DNA of 64,000 bases, taken from positions 37,211 through 101,210 of the forward strand of contig PSLZ01000006.1 of the NCBI GenBank assembly GCA_040289885.1. The letters run 5' to 3'. A program made the translations under genes and the position numbers. Positions 36,942 to 45,437 of this stretch are shown in pieces. This DNA is from Armatimonadota bacterium. GTDB lineage: Bacteria; Armatimonadota; HRBIN16. Every line of letters starts with the position of its first letter. Positions within the stretch are counted from its first letter, which is position 1. Under the pieces are notes generated by a model that saw only the letters and a list, made by a program, of their open reading frames with translations, was not told where the DNA came from and made no database searches.

Positions 36942-37129
36942 CATTGACTGGGCGGCTCTCTCTTCACATTCTGGCGAAGAGGGAGTCGCCTGCTGTGAAT
37001 GTTTTTCGATCCCACCTCAAAATCGCTTGACAAACTGGTAGCAAGCACAGTCCGAGAGGAGAAACGACACGGCGCGGAGAAGAATAACCACACAGAGACT
37101 CGCGCGCGTTCGCCGATGGAGGGATCTCA

Positions 37130-38572
37130 ATGCACAAAATCTCACGACGCCGTTTTCTGCAAGATTCGTTAGCACTGCTCACGGTCACCGCGCTTCCCCT
37201 GCCAGTGCACGCTTCTGTGCAGGTCGCCCGCAGGCAAAGCGGTCCGAACGACCGGATCGGCGCTGCGGTCATCGGCTTCAATGGGCAGGGCAAAAGCCAC
37301 ATCCGGCAACTGCTCGCCCAACCCGATGTGGACCTGGTGGCGCTGTGCGACGTGGATGAAGCGGTCTGGCCTATCGGCTTGAAGATGGTGGAAGATGCCG
37401 GCAGCCCCAAACCCAAAACCTATCAGGACCTGCGCAAACTGCTGGAGGACAAGGACGTAGACGTGGTGACCATCGCCACGCCCAACCACTGGCACGCGCT
37501 GGCAGCCATCTGGGCGATGATGGCGGGCAAGGACGTTTACGTGGAGAAGCCCACCAGTCATAACGTCTGGGAAGGGCGGCGCACCGTGCAAATCGCCCGG
37601 CAACTGGGGCGCATCTGCCAGAGTGGCACACAAATCCGCTCCTCCGAGGGCATCCGGCAAGCCATGCAGTATCTGCACGAGGGCAAGCTGGGCAAAGTGT
37701 ACCTGGCGCGCGGACTGTGTTACAAGCGACGCGATTCCATCGGCAAAGTGCCCGCTTCGCCAGAGCCACCGGCTACGGTGGACTACGACATCTGGCTGGG
37801 ACCCGCGCCCAAAAAGCCGGTCATGCGCCAGCGGTTCCACTACGATTGGCACTGGTTCTGGGACTATGGCAACGGCGACCTGGGCAACCAGGGTGTGCAT
37901 CAGATGGACATCGCGCGTTGGGGGCTGAACAAGAACACTTTACCCAACAAGGTACTGGGGCTGGGCGGAAGGTTCGGCTACGAGGATGATGGCGAGACGC
38001 CCAACACCGAACTCGTCTTCTGCGACTACGGCGACTGCCAGCTGATTTTTGAGGTGCGCGGGCTGGAGACTCCAGACCTGAAGGGCGTGAAGGTGGGTAA
38101 CATCTTCTACGGCGAGAAGGGCATTATGGTCATCCCCAGCTACAGCCAGGCGATCGTGTTTGACAACGATGGCAACAAGGTCGCCGAGTTTAGCGCGGGA
38201 GGCGACCACATGCGCAACTTCCTGGATGCCGTGCGCAGCCGCAAATACACCGACCTACACGCTGACATCGAAGAAGGGCATCTGTCCAGCGCGCTATGCC
38301 ATCTGGGTAACGTTTCCTACCGGCTGGGCGATCTGGTGCCCTTTGACAAGCAGACCAAAGCCTTTGGGGACAACAAGGAAGCATACGAGACCTTTGCCCG
38401 CTTCGAGGAGCATCTTGCCGCGAACAACGTGGTGCTGAAAGAGACAAAATATCGGCTGGGGCGCGAACTACACCTCGACACCACCCATGAGACCTGCGAA
38501 CACAATTCGCAGGCGAACCGGCTTCTCACTCGCGAATACCGCAAGCCCTATGTGGTGCCGGAGAAGGTGTAA
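37130..38572 (+). CDS. Gfo/Idh/MocA-family NAD(P)-dependent oxidoreductase with a TAT signal (GH109-like architecture).
   Basis: MHKISRRRFLQDSLALLTVTALPLPVHA is a twin-arginine signal. Rossmann motif IGAAVIGFNGQGKSH and ...VYVEKP. Confidence 0.8.
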   Translation: MHKISRRRFLQDSLALLTVTALPLPVHASVQVARRQSGPNDRIGAAVIGFNGQGKSHIRQLLAQPDVDLVALCDVDEAVWPIGLKMVEDAGSPKPKTYQDLRKLLEDKDVDVVTIATPNHWHALAAIWAMMAGKDVYVEKPTSHNVWEGRRTVQIARQLGRICQSGTQIRSSEGIRQAMQYLHEGKLGKVYLARGLCYKRRDSIGKVPASPEPPATVDYDIWLGPAPKKPVMRQRFHYDWHWFWDYGNGDLGNQGVHQMDIARWGLNKNTLPNKVLGLGGRFGYEDDGETPNTELVFCDYGDCQLIFEVRGLETPDLKGVKVGNIFYGEKGIMVIPSYSQAIVFDNDGNKVAEFSAGGDHMRNFLDAVRSRKYTDLHADIEEGHLSSALCHLGNVSYRLGDLVPFDKQTKAFGDNKEAYETFARFEEHLAANNVVLKETKYRLGRELHLDTTHETCEHNSQANRLLTREYRKPYVVPEKV

Positions 38573-38607
38573 ACGGCACTTCCCTGCTCTCTCTACGGAC
38601 GGGGTGG

Positions 38608-38823
38608 TCAGCGGGCGGTCTGTCCACTGCCCGTGGAGGGGGCAGGAGTGCCTCCGCCAGGCGGTCCCATTCGCTGGGACTTGGGGAGCATGTACCCCGT
38701 GTAGTAGCCAGGGGGTGGAGGCTCCTCCCGTTGAACCTGGTGGCGGAGGAACAGCGCCACACCAACCAACACCAGCCCCACAAGGAGCAGGATAGCGATG
38801 TTTTTGCTGTTGGTGCCTGACAT
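38608..38823 (-). CDS. Small membrane-anchored protein (71 aa), paralog of 38884-39066.
   Basis: MSGTNSKNIAILLLVGLVLVGVALFL...PPPPGYYTGYMLPKSQRMGPPGGG. It shares the motif GYY.G.MLPKSQR.GP with the upstream small lipoprotein. Confidence 0.45.
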   Translation of the reverse strand: MSGTNSKNIAILLLVGLVLVGVALFLRHQVQREEPPPPGYYTGYMLPKSQRMGPPGGGTPAPSTGSGQTAR

Positions 38824-38883
38824 CTCTACTCCCCGAGAGATAGGTTTGCACCCCGTAGGGTAACCTGCGGGGTGCTGGTGAGT

Positions 38884-39066
38884 CTACTGCGTAGCCCCTT
38901 GAGCGGGGCCTCCAGTTCGCTGACTCTTCGGAAGCATGGGTCCCTCGTAATACCCCTGGGCTTGAGGCTCCTCTTTCTTGCCGCAGGCACTTAGACCCAC
39001 CGCCAGAGGAACCAGCCACAGCAGGCTAAGCACGAGCAGAACCCTTTTCGCGATGCCTCTTCGCAT
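38884..39066 (-). CDS. Small lipoprotein (61 aa).
   Basis: MRRGIAKRVLLVLSLLWLVPLAVGLSAC|GKKEEPQAQGYYEGPMLPKSQRTGGPAQGATQ has a lipobox LSAC. It starts 5 nt after the stop of the H-X9-DG gene. The ORF-track ORF 38884-39285 is an over-extension into the upstream gene. Confidence 0.5.
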   Translation of the reverse strand: MRRGIAKRVLLVLSLLWLVPLAVGLSACGKKEEPQAQGYYEGPMLPKSQRTGGPAQGATQ

Positions 39067-39070
39067 GAGA

Positions 39071-39892
39071 TTACTCCATCGAGAAGGTGAAGTAGCGCTC
39101 GTAGTACACGGTCTGCCCGTTCTCGACGGTGGTTGCCAGATAGCGCTCCGGGTTGCGCTTGATGTTCTTGGCGTGACCATCCAGGAAGGTGAAGTTCGCG
39201 CCGTCCTGGTGGATCTTTTGCGACTCGCAACCGATGGTGATGACCACGTAGGTCGGACCCTTGTCCAGGAACGTGATGCCATCACCGATCAGGATGGTCT
39301 CTGCGGGCCGCTTGATCTCGGGCATGTAGCGGGTCAGCCCACCCCTGTCTGGCGGATAGCAGAGGCTACCAGCGAAGTGGTAGTAGGGGTTCTCCGGCGT
39401 GCCCGCACCGTCGCGTGTTGCCTGATGGAACACGATGCCGTAATGCGCGAACACCTGGGTGGGGGGCCAGTAAGGATCCATCTCACCCGGATAGCAGTCG
39501 GGCATGTTCACGCCTTCCATGTAGCGTTCCTGGCTCCACGAAGGACATCGGTGCAAGCCCTGCGGCTGACCACCCACGGTGTAGGTTCTGCCGGCGTCTG
39601 GCGGCACCAGGGTGCTCTTGATGTAGGGATGAAGCAGTCCAAACCAGAACCGCTCGTTGAGGGGCTGCCCGGGATACTCACGGATCTTGTACCAGGGTAC
39701 GATGGCTTCATCGTAGTCCTGGGCGTACATCAGGATCGCCGTGCCGAACTGCTTGGAGTTGGACAGGCACGACGATTTGCGCGCAGCTTCCCGCGCCTGA
39801 GAGAAAACAGGGAACAGGATCGCTGCCAGAATGGCGATAATCGCTATCACCACCAGCAGCTCGATGAGTGTGAAAGCATGTCGCTTCATCAC
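39071..39892 (-). CDS. DUF1559 'H-X9-DG' protein with a prepilin-type N-terminus, paralog of 35870-36718.
   Basis: MMKRHA|[57 protein letters not shown]-terminus [16 protein letters not shown]. Confidence 0.85.
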   Translation of the reverse strand: MMKRHAFTLIELLVVIAIIAILAAILFPVFSQAREAARKSSCLSNSKQFGTAILMYAQDYDEAIVPWYKIREYPGQPLNERFWFGLLHPYIKSTLVPPDAGRTYTVGGQPQGLHRCPSWSQERYMEGVNMPDCYPGEMDPYWPPTQVFAHYGIVFHQATRDGAGTPENPYYHFAGSLCYPPDRGGLTRYMPEIKRPAETILIGDGITFLDKGPTYVVITIGCESQKIHQDGANFTFLDGHAKNIKRNPERYLATTVENGQTVYYERYFTFSME

Positions 39893-40128
39893 TGGTTTTT
39901 CCCTCCTGACCTTGGATTGGATTTATGTTAAACGCTTATGCGTCTAACATTCTCTGCTTACGTATTCCCAAATGGGAATAGGATTACTTTTTATGCGCAG
40001 ATTGCCTGCTATCGCTACTTCCCATCTGTTAAGTGTATTTTATCCTGTGGCGCCGACATTGTCAAGACTTTAACCCCGCCTCCACGCTGTTTTTTCGAAA
40101 TTTGCTTGCAGATTCCAGCAAGAATCAG

Positions 40129-40155
40129 GGGCATGGTGGATACGCCATGCCCCCG
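40129..40155. terminator. GC-rich hairpin downstream of the dockerin-protein gene.
   Basis: ggggcatgg tggatacgc catgcccc is a 9-bp perfect stem. It sits immediately 3' of the minus-strand stop at 40167. No U-tract is present. Confidence 0.35.
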
Positions 40156-40166
40156 TGGTTACAAAC

Positions 40167-41348
40167 TTACTCGTCACCGATAGCGCCAAAGTTCCGGACA
40201 AGGATGCCGAAGTCGAACAGGGTCACCTCTTCATCCCCGTCCAGGTCGGCATCGGGGTTCCAGTTCCCATCCCCAGGTATACTGCCAAACGCGGACACCA
40301 ACCGCCCAAAGTCAAACAGGGTCACCTCGTTATCGCCGTCGATGTCGCCGTTGGTCAGCACCACGTCCACGCCAGTAACATCTGCATTGGGAACCGTCAC
40401 CGGGGTAACAACCCTCAGCCAGTGGCTGGCTTTGAAGGCGAACTCATAGTCCCCCGGCTCGACATCGTTGAGCACATAGCGTCCCTCGCTGTCCAGGTTC
40501 ACGCTCTCGGAGCGCACGACGTTTCCGCCCCGGCGCAGTTCCACGGTCACCGGCACCTGAGTGATGTCGCCTTGGAAATCGCTCAGCGTCACGGTTCCGC
40601 TAACTGCAAAGCCTGGCGGCAGAATGTCATGAAGCACACCCACGTATACGATGTCGGCATCGTAGCGGGTGGTCTGATAGGGCTGGTTGGGCGTGTCGGA
40701 AAGCGGTCCTTGCAGGGGCACGAAGCCGCTACCGCCCCCCAAAATCACGTTACCTTGCCCGCTGGGGTTGTTAACGCGGTCGACTTCGATCAGGTTCGCG
40801 ATGAGGATGGCGTCGATGCTCTCCCCCTCTGCAATCCCAAAGTCGTCCAGATTGAAGGCGGTGGCAAAGACCAGGTAGCTCATGGTGTAGGTATCGGCGA
40901 ACTCATAGCGCCATGGGCTGAACGTGGTGGAGCCCTTCTTGCGCACCGCCACCATGAAGCCCTCGGGCGCGTAGATCGAGCCGACCTCGTAGACCACGAG
41001 ATCCTCGCCGGGCAGGTTGGGCAGGCGCATTCCCTCCCAGTCCACCAGGATTATCTTTCGCGTGATGGAATCGCCCAACTGCACATAGCGGGGATTACCG
41101 GTCGGGTTGGAGCCGGTTATCAACCAGCCGATCGTCTTGGTTCGGTCGAAGTCGGTGTCCCTCAGGAACTCCGAGTCGCCGAAGCTAAACTGGGTCACCT
41201 GCGGTGGGTCAAAGGGCAGTGCGCGCTTGGCCCCGTTGCTGGCGTTCCAGGTGTATCCGCCCACGCTGTAGGTCTGCGCAAAGACGGGTTGCAAAGCCAC
41301 AAGCGCCACCAGCGCGAATACCGTCATCCATCGGGATGAAAACATCAT
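40167..41348 (-). CDS. Secreted protein with a C-terminal type I dockerin repeat pair.
   Basis: RBS aggagg then MMFSSRWMTVFALVALVALQPVFAQ (signal). C-terminus TNGDIDGDNEVTLFDFGRLVSAFG...NPDADLDGDEEVTLFDFGILVRNFG is two dockerin Ca-binding repeats. The ORF-track extension to 41528 is upstream read-through. Confidence 0.7.
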   Translation of the reverse strand: MMFSSRWMTVFALVALVALQPVFAQTYSVGGYTWNASNGAKRALPFDPPQVTQFSFGDSEFLRDTDFDRTKTIGWLITGSNPTGNPRYVQLGDSITRKIILVDWEGMRLPNLPGEDLVVYEVGSIYAPEGFMVAVRKKGSTTFSPWRYEFADTYTMSYLVFATAFNLDDFGIAEGESIDAILIANLIEVDRVNNPSGQGNVILGGGSGFVPLQGPLSDTPNQPYQTTRYDADIVYVGVLHDILPPGFAVSGTVTLSDFQGDITQVPVTVELRRGGNVVRSESVNLDSEGRYVLNDVEPGDYEFAFKASHWLRVVTPVTVPNADVTGVDVVLTNGDIDGDNEVTLFDFGRLVSAFGSIPGDGNWNPDADLDGDEEVTLFDFGILVRNFGAIGDE

Positions 41349-41546
41349 GATGTACCTCCTTTCGCGTATGCAAGAGCTCTCCATCACACCTATTATGCAA
41401 GAATCGTGCCAAAACCCTGCCTTTTGCGGATTTCGGCGAAAACAATGGTAATAATAACGGTTTTGAAAACGAAGATACAATCCTGCGAGATGTCCGGTGT
41501 ACGCTCCGGTTCCGAGTGGTAAATGCATACGTACCCGAACAAAGTA

Positions 41547-41555
41547 TGCTATACT
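41547..41555 (+). promoter_or_regulatory. Extended -10 element (TGcTATACT) upstream of hslVU.
   Basis: tatgcTATACTaag lies 35 nt upstream of the hslV ATG. No convincing -35 is present. Confidence 0.3.
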
Positions 41556-41589
41556 AAGAGATGGGGGAGACCTCCGCAGGAGAGATACT

Positions 41590-42123
41590 ATGACCTGGCA
41601 TCATACCACCGTCGTTGCCGTGCGCCGCGATGGACAGGTTGCCATCGCCGCCGACGGGCAGGTAACCTACAGCGACACCATACTAAAGCACACCGCGCGC
41701 AAAATCCGTCGCATGTACCACGACAGGGTTATAGCGGGTTTCGCGGGTGCGGTTGCGGACGCTCAGGCACTTGCCGACCGTTTTGAGGCGAAGCTGGAAG
41801 CTACCAGCGGCAACCTGCGCCGCGCCGCCGTCGAGTTCGCCAAAGAGTGGCGTACCGACCGCATCCTGCGACGCCTCGAGGCGATGATGATTGTGGCGGA
41901 CCACGAAGACCTCCTGCTCGTGTCCGGCGATGGCAACGTCATCGAGCCTGACGATAACGTGCTTGCGATCGGCAGTGGTGGTCCATATGCCGCGGCGGCA
42001 GCACGCGCGTTGATGCGCCATACGCCGCTGAGCGCTAAAGAGATCGCCATGGAAGCCATGCGTATCGCGGCGGAGCTGTGCGTGTATACCAACGACCGAA
42101 TACAGTACGAGTGCATCGAATGA
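41590..42123 (+). CDS. hslV: ATP-dependent protease subunit HslV.
   Basis: [61 protein letters not shown]..., with the N-terminal catalytic Thr. Confidence 0.85.
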   Translation: MTWHHTTVVAVRRDGQVAIAADGQVTYSDTILKHTARKIRRMYHDRVIAGFAGAVADAQALADRFEAKLEATSGNLRRAAVEFAKEWRTDRILRRLEAMMIVADHEDLLLVSGDGNVIEPDDNVLAIGSGGPYAAAAARALMRHTPLSAKEIAMEAMRIAAELCVYTNDRIQYECIE

Positions 42124-42140
42124 GCGCGCTAAAGGAGCAT

Positions 42141-43577
42141 ATGATGGAAGAGCACCTCACCCCTCAGCGGATTGTGGAGGAGCTGGACAGGTATATCATC
42201 GGTCAGCAGAAAGCGAAGCGGGCGGTAGCGATCGCCCTGCGCAACCGGTATCGGCGCAGACAACTGCCAGAAGACCTGCGCGAGGAGGTCATCCCCAAAA
42301 ACATCCTGATGATCGGTCCCACCGGGGTGGGCAAGACCGAGATCGCTCGGCGTATCGCTCTGCTCGTGAAAGCCCCCTTCCTGAAGGTGGAGGCGACCAA
42401 GTTCACGGAGGTGGGCTACGTCGGGCGGGACGTGGACTCGATGATTCGCGACTTGGTGCGGACCGCGGTGCGGATGGTGGAAGCGGAAAAGATGCAGGAG
42501 GTGCAGGAGCGTGCTCAGGAGCTCGCGCTAGAGCGTATCGTAGACCGCCTGATGCCCCGGCGTACCCGCCGCCCGATACGAGGGGGCACCGGCACCCCGT
42601 TCGAATCGCTCCTGCGCGCCCTCTATGAGGAAGATGAAGAGGAAGAGGAGGAGCCCACCTCGCTGGCGGAAAAGGAGCGACGCGAACGCGAGAACCGCAT
42701 GCGCGCGAAACTGCTGGAGCGCGTCCGCAGCGGCGCCATGGACGACGTAAAGATAGAGATAGAGGTCGACCAGTCCGCTCCGCCCATGCCGTTCGTGCAG
42801 GTGTTTGGTCCTCAGGGCATGGAGGAGATGGGGTTAGACCTGCCCGACATGCTGAGGGGCATGATGGGCGGACGCCGGCGCACCACGCAGGTCACCATCC
42901 GCGAGGCGAAGCAGACACTCGCGCAGGAGGTCGCCCGCGAACTGATTGACCGCGAGCAGGTGATCAGCGAAGCCATTCGTCGTACGGAGGAGAGCGGGAT
43001 CATCTTTCTGGACGAGCTGGACAAGATCGCCGGTCGCGAGCAGGGGCACGGTCCCGATGTGTCCCGCGAAGGCGTCCAGCGTGACCTCCTGCCCATCATC
43101 GAAGGCTCGACGGTCATGACCAAGTTCGGCGCGGTGCGCACCAACCATATTCTGTTCATCGCGGCGGGTGCGTTTCACGTCTCCAAGCCCAGCGACCTGA
43201 TCCCCGAACTACAAGGGCGTCTGCCCATCCGCGTGGAGCTGGACAGTCTGACCGAGCACGATTTCGTGCGCATTCTCACCGAGCCGCAGAACGCGCTGGT
43301 GAAACAATACAAGGCACTGCTGGCGACGGAAGGGGTACAGTTAGAGTTCACCGAGCACGCCATCCGTGAAGTGGCGGCGGTGGCTGCCCAGGTGAATGCC
43401 ACCAGTGAGAACATCGGTGCCCGCCGCCTACACACGATCATGGAGCGCGTGCTAGAAGACATCTCCTTCCGCGCCACCGAGCTGAGCGGTCAAACGGTGA
43501 CCATTACCGCCGAGTACGTGCGCGAACGGTTGGCGGACATCTTGCGTAGCGAGGACCTAAGCCGGTATATCCTGTAA
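42141..43577 (+). CDS. hslU: ATP-dependent protease ATPase subunit HslU.
   Basis: RBS aaaggag. [42 protein letters not shown]. Walker [14 protein letters not shown]. Acidic I-domain. Confidence 0.85.
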   Translation: MMEEHLTPQRIVEELDRYIIGQQKAKRAVAIALRNRYRRRQLPEDLREEVIPKNILMIGPTGVGKTEIARRIALLVKAPFLKVEATKFTEVGYVGRDVDSMIRDLVRTAVRMVEAEKMQEVQERAQELALERIVDRLMPRRTRRPIRGGTGTPFESLLRALYEEDEEEEEEPTSLAEKERRERENRMRAKLLERVRSGAMDDVKIEIEVDQSAPPMPFVQVFGPQGMEEMGLDLPDMLRGMMGGRRRTTQVTIREAKQTLAQEVARELIDREQVISEAIRRTEESGIIFLDELDKIAGREQGHGPDVSREGVQRDLLPIIEGSTVMTKFGAVRTNHILFIAAGAFHVSKPSDLIPELQGRLPIRVELDSLTEHDFVRILTEPQNALVKQYKALLATEGVQLEFTEHAIREVAAVAAQVNATSENIGARRLHTIMERVLEDISFRATELSGQTVTITAEYVRERLADILRSEDLSRYIL

Positions 43578-43614
43578 AAAACCTCAACGACGAGGATAGA
43601 GGGAGGAGACAACG

Positions 43615-44541
43615 ATGAAAGTCAGTGTCATTGGTGGAGGTGGGCGTGTCGGTTCGAACACGCTGTACGCTTTGCAGTTGGGCGGGATCGCCAAGGAGCT
43701 CGTGGTCGTGGACGTTGCCCGTGAGCTCGCGGAAGGCGAAGCGCTGGACCTGCGTCATGGAGCCTCGTTGACGGCATCCCAGAAGATTTACGCCGGTGGG
43801 ATGGATGCGGTCGCCGGCTCCGACATCGTGATCATCACCGCGGGACTGCGCCGCAAACCCGATGAGAGCCGTCTCGAGCTGATCAATCGCAACGTCTCCC
43901 TGTTCCGCGGCATCCTGCAGGAACTGCGTGCGATTTCCCTGCCGGAACATGCAGTGCTGCTAGTGGTGTCTAATCCGGTGGATATCCTCACCTACATTGC
44001 GGTCAAGGAGTTCACCTTGCCCGCGCGCCAGATTATCGGACTGGGTACGGTGCTGGATACCACGCGGTTCCGCTCCTTGCTGGCGGAGCACTTTGGCGTT
44101 GCCGCCACCGACGTAAAGGCGTTGATACTGGGCGAGCACGGCGACAGCATGGTGCCGATATGGTCTACCGCAACCGCCAACGGCGTGCCCTTGCAAAGCC
44201 TGCCAAACTACAGCGCCGAGAAGATGCAGGAGATTTTCGAGTTCACTAAAAAGAGCGGCGCAGAGGTGATTCGGCTCAAGGGTGGCGCAGGCTATGCGGT
44301 AGGCATCGCCATTCGCGAGGTGGTTCATGCGCTGTTGCTCGACACCCGGCAGATACTGCCTGTTTCCACCCTGCAGACGGGGCTGTACGGCATCGAGGAT
44401 GTATGCCTGAGCGTGCCCACCGTGGTGGGACGCGTCGGGGTGGAGAAGCAGATTGAGATGAAACTGGCTGACGAAGAATTGCAGGCATTGCGTCGGTCGG
44501 CGCAGGTGCTCAAAGAGACGCTGGCGCAGGTGATGGCATAA
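43615..44541 (+). CDS. mdh: LDH-family malate dehydrogenase (lactate/malate dehydrogenase superfamily).
   Basis: MKVSVIGGGGRVGSNTLYAL..., catalytic LGEHGDS. The substrate-specificity position in ITAGLRRKPDESR is Arg, which is MDH-like; LDH has Gln there. Confidence 0.7.
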   Translation: MKVSVIGGGGRVGSNTLYALQLGGIAKELVVVDVARELAEGEALDLRHGASLTASQKIYAGGMDAVAGSDIVIITAGLRRKPDESRLELINRNVSLFRGILQELRAISLPEHAVLLVVSNPVDILTYIAVKEFTLPARQIIGLGTVLDTTRFRSLLAEHFGVAATDVKALILGEHGDSMVPIWSTATANGVPLQSLPNYSAEKMQEIFEFTKKSGAEVIRLKGGAGYAVGIAIREVVHALLLDTRQILPVSTLQTGLYGIEDVCLSVPTVVGRVGVEKQIEMKLADEELQALRRSAQVLKETLAQVMA

Positions 44542-44652
44542 ACGACGCTACCTTGGAGGGCGAGAAGATTGACTCGCCCTCCCGACAAAAAATTAGTATC
44601 GGTAAACGGTGCAAACGCTTCTGCCGATAATGTCTTTGGTAATGATTGCAAG

Positions 44653-45426
44653 ATGAGCAGGCTTTTGATGAGCATCAATGAGGTCAAACAGCTCGTTATC
44701 GAGGCAGGTAGACTGGCTCAGCGTCTGGCTGAGGACTTTACGCTGGAAACCAAGAGTGACTCCTCTTTTGTAACCAACGCCGATCGCGCGGTGGAAAGCT
44801 ACTTGCGCGAACATTTGGCACAACTTCTGCCCGAGGCGGGCTTCTTCGGCGAGGAAGAAGGGTTCACCAACCGCCATGCACGCCTCCTGTGGGCGATTGA
44901 CCCCATCGATGGAACCAGCAACTTCGTGTTCGGCATCCCGCTATGGGGGGTTTCGGTGGCGCTGATAGAGGACGAGAGTATCCGGCTAGGCGTGATCTTC
45001 CTGCCCGTGCTGAACGAGGTCTACTGGGCAGAAAAGGGCGCGGGAGCATACCTGAACGACCAGCCCATCAGAGCGGTGGATAGCGAGGAGTTCACTTCTG
45101 AGGACGTCATCTGTTACGCTAGCGATGCGGTCGACGCGGACCTCCTGCGCATCATGCCTGGCAGACCGCGTTGTTTCGGCAGTGCGGTGGTGAAGCTGGC
45201 GTGGACGGCGGCCGGGCGCGTGCGAGGTGCACTCTCGCTGGGCAGGTTGTACGACCTGGCGGCGGGGCTGTTGATATGCCACGAAGCGGGTTGCCAAACG
45301 CGCTACCTGTCGGGCGAAGAGTGGTACCTGAAACACCTAACTGGCGGAGCGGCTCTGCGCGAGCCGATTCTCACCGCGCCACCACGCACCATGCAGGCAA
45401 TCTTCCGCCTGCTACACAAGGTATAA
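44653..45426 (+). CDS. Inositol monophosphatase family protein.
   Basis: WAIDPIDGTSNFVFGIPLWGVSVAL is the IMPase motif. The start is uncertain; the ORF is open from 44569. Confidence 0.65.
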   Translation: MSRLLMSINEVKQLVIEAGRLAQRLAEDFTLETKSDSSFVTNADRAVESYLREHLAQLLPEAGFFGEEEGFTNRHARLLWAIDPIDGTSNFVFGIPLWGVSVALIEDESIRLGVIFLPVLNEVYWAEKGAGAYLNDQPIRAVDSEEFTSEDVICYASDAVDADLLRIMPGRPRCFGSAVVKLAWTAAGRVRGALSLGRLYDLAAGLLICHEAGCQTRYLSGEEWYLKHLTGGAALREPILTAPPRTMQAIFRLLHKV

Positions 45427-45437
45427 AAAGGGGACAA

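Noticed and set aside
37010-37045. TTGACA hexamer upstream of the Gfo/Idh gene as a promoter.
   Set aside because: No acceptable -10 hexamer lies 16-19 nt downstream.
38884-39285. 133-aa ORF-track call.
   Set aside because: Its first 73 codons overlap the H-X9-DG gene in another frame and are compositionally aberrant. The real product is the 61-aa lipoprotein from the ATG at 39066.
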